Positions 62,721-64,000 of a stretch of 64,000 nucleotides of DNA are shown here, piece by piece. The notes beneath the pieces were generated by a model. It saw only the letters and a program-made list of their open reading frames with translations. It did not search any database and was not told the DNA's origin. The translations under genes and the position numbers were made by a program. Source of the stretch: Takakia lepidozioides (taxonomy: Eukaryota; Plantae; Bryophyta); contig CM060733.1 in NCBI GenBank assembly GCA_030704615.1, forward strand, positions 310,001 through 374,000, read 5' to 3'. Within the stretch, counting starts at the first letter, position 1. Each line of letters begins with the position of its first letter.

Positions 62721-63587
62721 GCATAGACCCCGAGCCCAATTTTGGCAGAACAAAAGGGAGCAGATACTACCTTTGTGATGGGCTCACTCCAGTAGTGTGA
62801 CTTAATACAGACAGTTAGTTACGGTTTTCCAGATATCCTGTAGAAAGCCCTTCACACAAGCATCAACTTGCTACGTGTGAGCTGTCAGCAGTCAGACCCC
62901 AAGAAGGCAAGGGCTTTAGCCTCAGCCTCAAGATTGGTGGAGAGATTGTACTCATAAGACGTTGTTTGCCGTAGTCTTGTGACCATTGACCCCGCGCCCA
63001 GTTTGAGCGGGAACAAAAGGGACAGAACCTACCTCTGTCAGGGGCTGACGTTGGTAGTAAGACTTACCTTCATATATAGAATTAATCCGGGTTTTCCAGA
63101 TATCCTCTAGAAATCCCTTCACACAAGTATCAATCTGCTGTGTGTGATTTGCCCAAAAACTAGGCCTCAGGAGGGCCTGGGCTTTTGGCTCAGCCTCGAG
63201 ACTTTCAAAGTTGGTAAACAGGGGTACAGGCACAATTCCCTTGATAGATTTGAAGAGAGCGTCTCTTTGGTGAGAGAACCCCGGACAGTGTATCAGAAAA
63301 TGAATACTGTCTTCAGATTGCCCACACAACGGGCAATTGCACTCTCCCTTTCCTCTCTGCTTCTGTTTGCTGTTCAAAGGTAGGCTTCCTGCCCTGAGTT
63401 TAAATTTCAGTCTAGTGCCGAGAGTGGGTAGACCCTTGAGGTCATCCAAGATGTCCTCCCCCATGTCACTGAGCAGTAGCACAGCTACAAATGAAATGAA
63501 ATGGTACTTTATAACGTCCGCGGAAAGCTCATAGAGCTTATGGGACAAAATGGAAACATGAGAGAGGAACAAGTCCAGAAACCACAA
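62721..63587 (-). mobile_element. Non-LTR retrotransposon 3' end with C-terminal CCHC zinc finger, plus a tandem partial duplicate, in an ABCC intron
   Basis: GTRLKFKLRAGSLPLN...CPLCGQSEDSIHFLIHC. 62721-62935 duplicates 62988-63200. Confidence 0.75.
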
Positions 63588-64000
63588 TTAATGTTCTAGC
63601 GAATGTCGAAGGGTGAAGGCCTCGTGCAGGTAGGCTGCCAAGCATTTTTGATCCTCATAGTGGAAGACATCAGTGAGAGTTTGGGTTCCACTGAATAAAC
63701 AGTGGAATCTCCCACGGATCTCGTAGTATAGAGGGCAGTAGAAGAAGAAGTGTTCTTCAGTTTCGATTTCCTGGCTGCGCCCTATGCAAGCTGGACATAG
63801 GCGGTCCTCCCGTTGCAGGTTTTCCCATCTGCCAGTCTCTATCCGTAGGTTGTGGGAACCCACCCTAACCGCCCCAATGCCCTCAGGAGGGAAGGAGATA
63901 AGGATGCTGAAAGGTAATTTGGTCTCAAGATTCTATTGTCGCGGAGCACCAAGAATGTCTCTCAATAGAAGTGGAGCTTTGTTGTGAGATTGGGTAGCTT
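63588..64000 (-). mobile_element. Second non-LTR retrotransposon 3' end (RTE-X/CR1-like)
   Basis: GSHNLRIETGRW...RLCPAC...IETEEHFFFYCPLY..IR is a typical LINE ORF2 terminal zinc-finger pattern. Confidence 0.8.

Overview
Eukaryotic nuclear DNA from a land plant, most likely a non-seed plant such as a bryophyte (inferred from spliceosomal introns, an EBF-type F-box gene, plant Raf-like and ABC1 kinases, and a TRIM37 gene). Host genes: an EIN3-binding F-box/LRR gene (+), an HMA metallochaperone (-), an HT1/RAF36-type Raf-like kinase (-), a 19-exon TRIM37-like RING/B-box/coiled-coil/MATH E3 ligase (+), an ABC1/UbiB atypical kinase (+), and the 3' end of an ABCC transporter (-). Between the genes are tRNA-derived SINEs with target-site duplications, hAT-type non-autonomous elements, LINE 3' ends and several decayed gene fragments. 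The most notable feature is a decayed Ty3/Gypsy retrotransposon (~42.4-49.4 kb). Its pol frame carries a complete DNMT3-like C5-cytosine DNA methyltransferase between protease and reverse transcriptase and ends in a PHD finger after integrase, so it encodes both a chromatin writer and a chromatin reader. Its in-frame stops are all TAG, TAA or TGA codons explainable by C-to-T changes at methylatable cytosines. All calls come from manual reading and motif recall; no searches were run.
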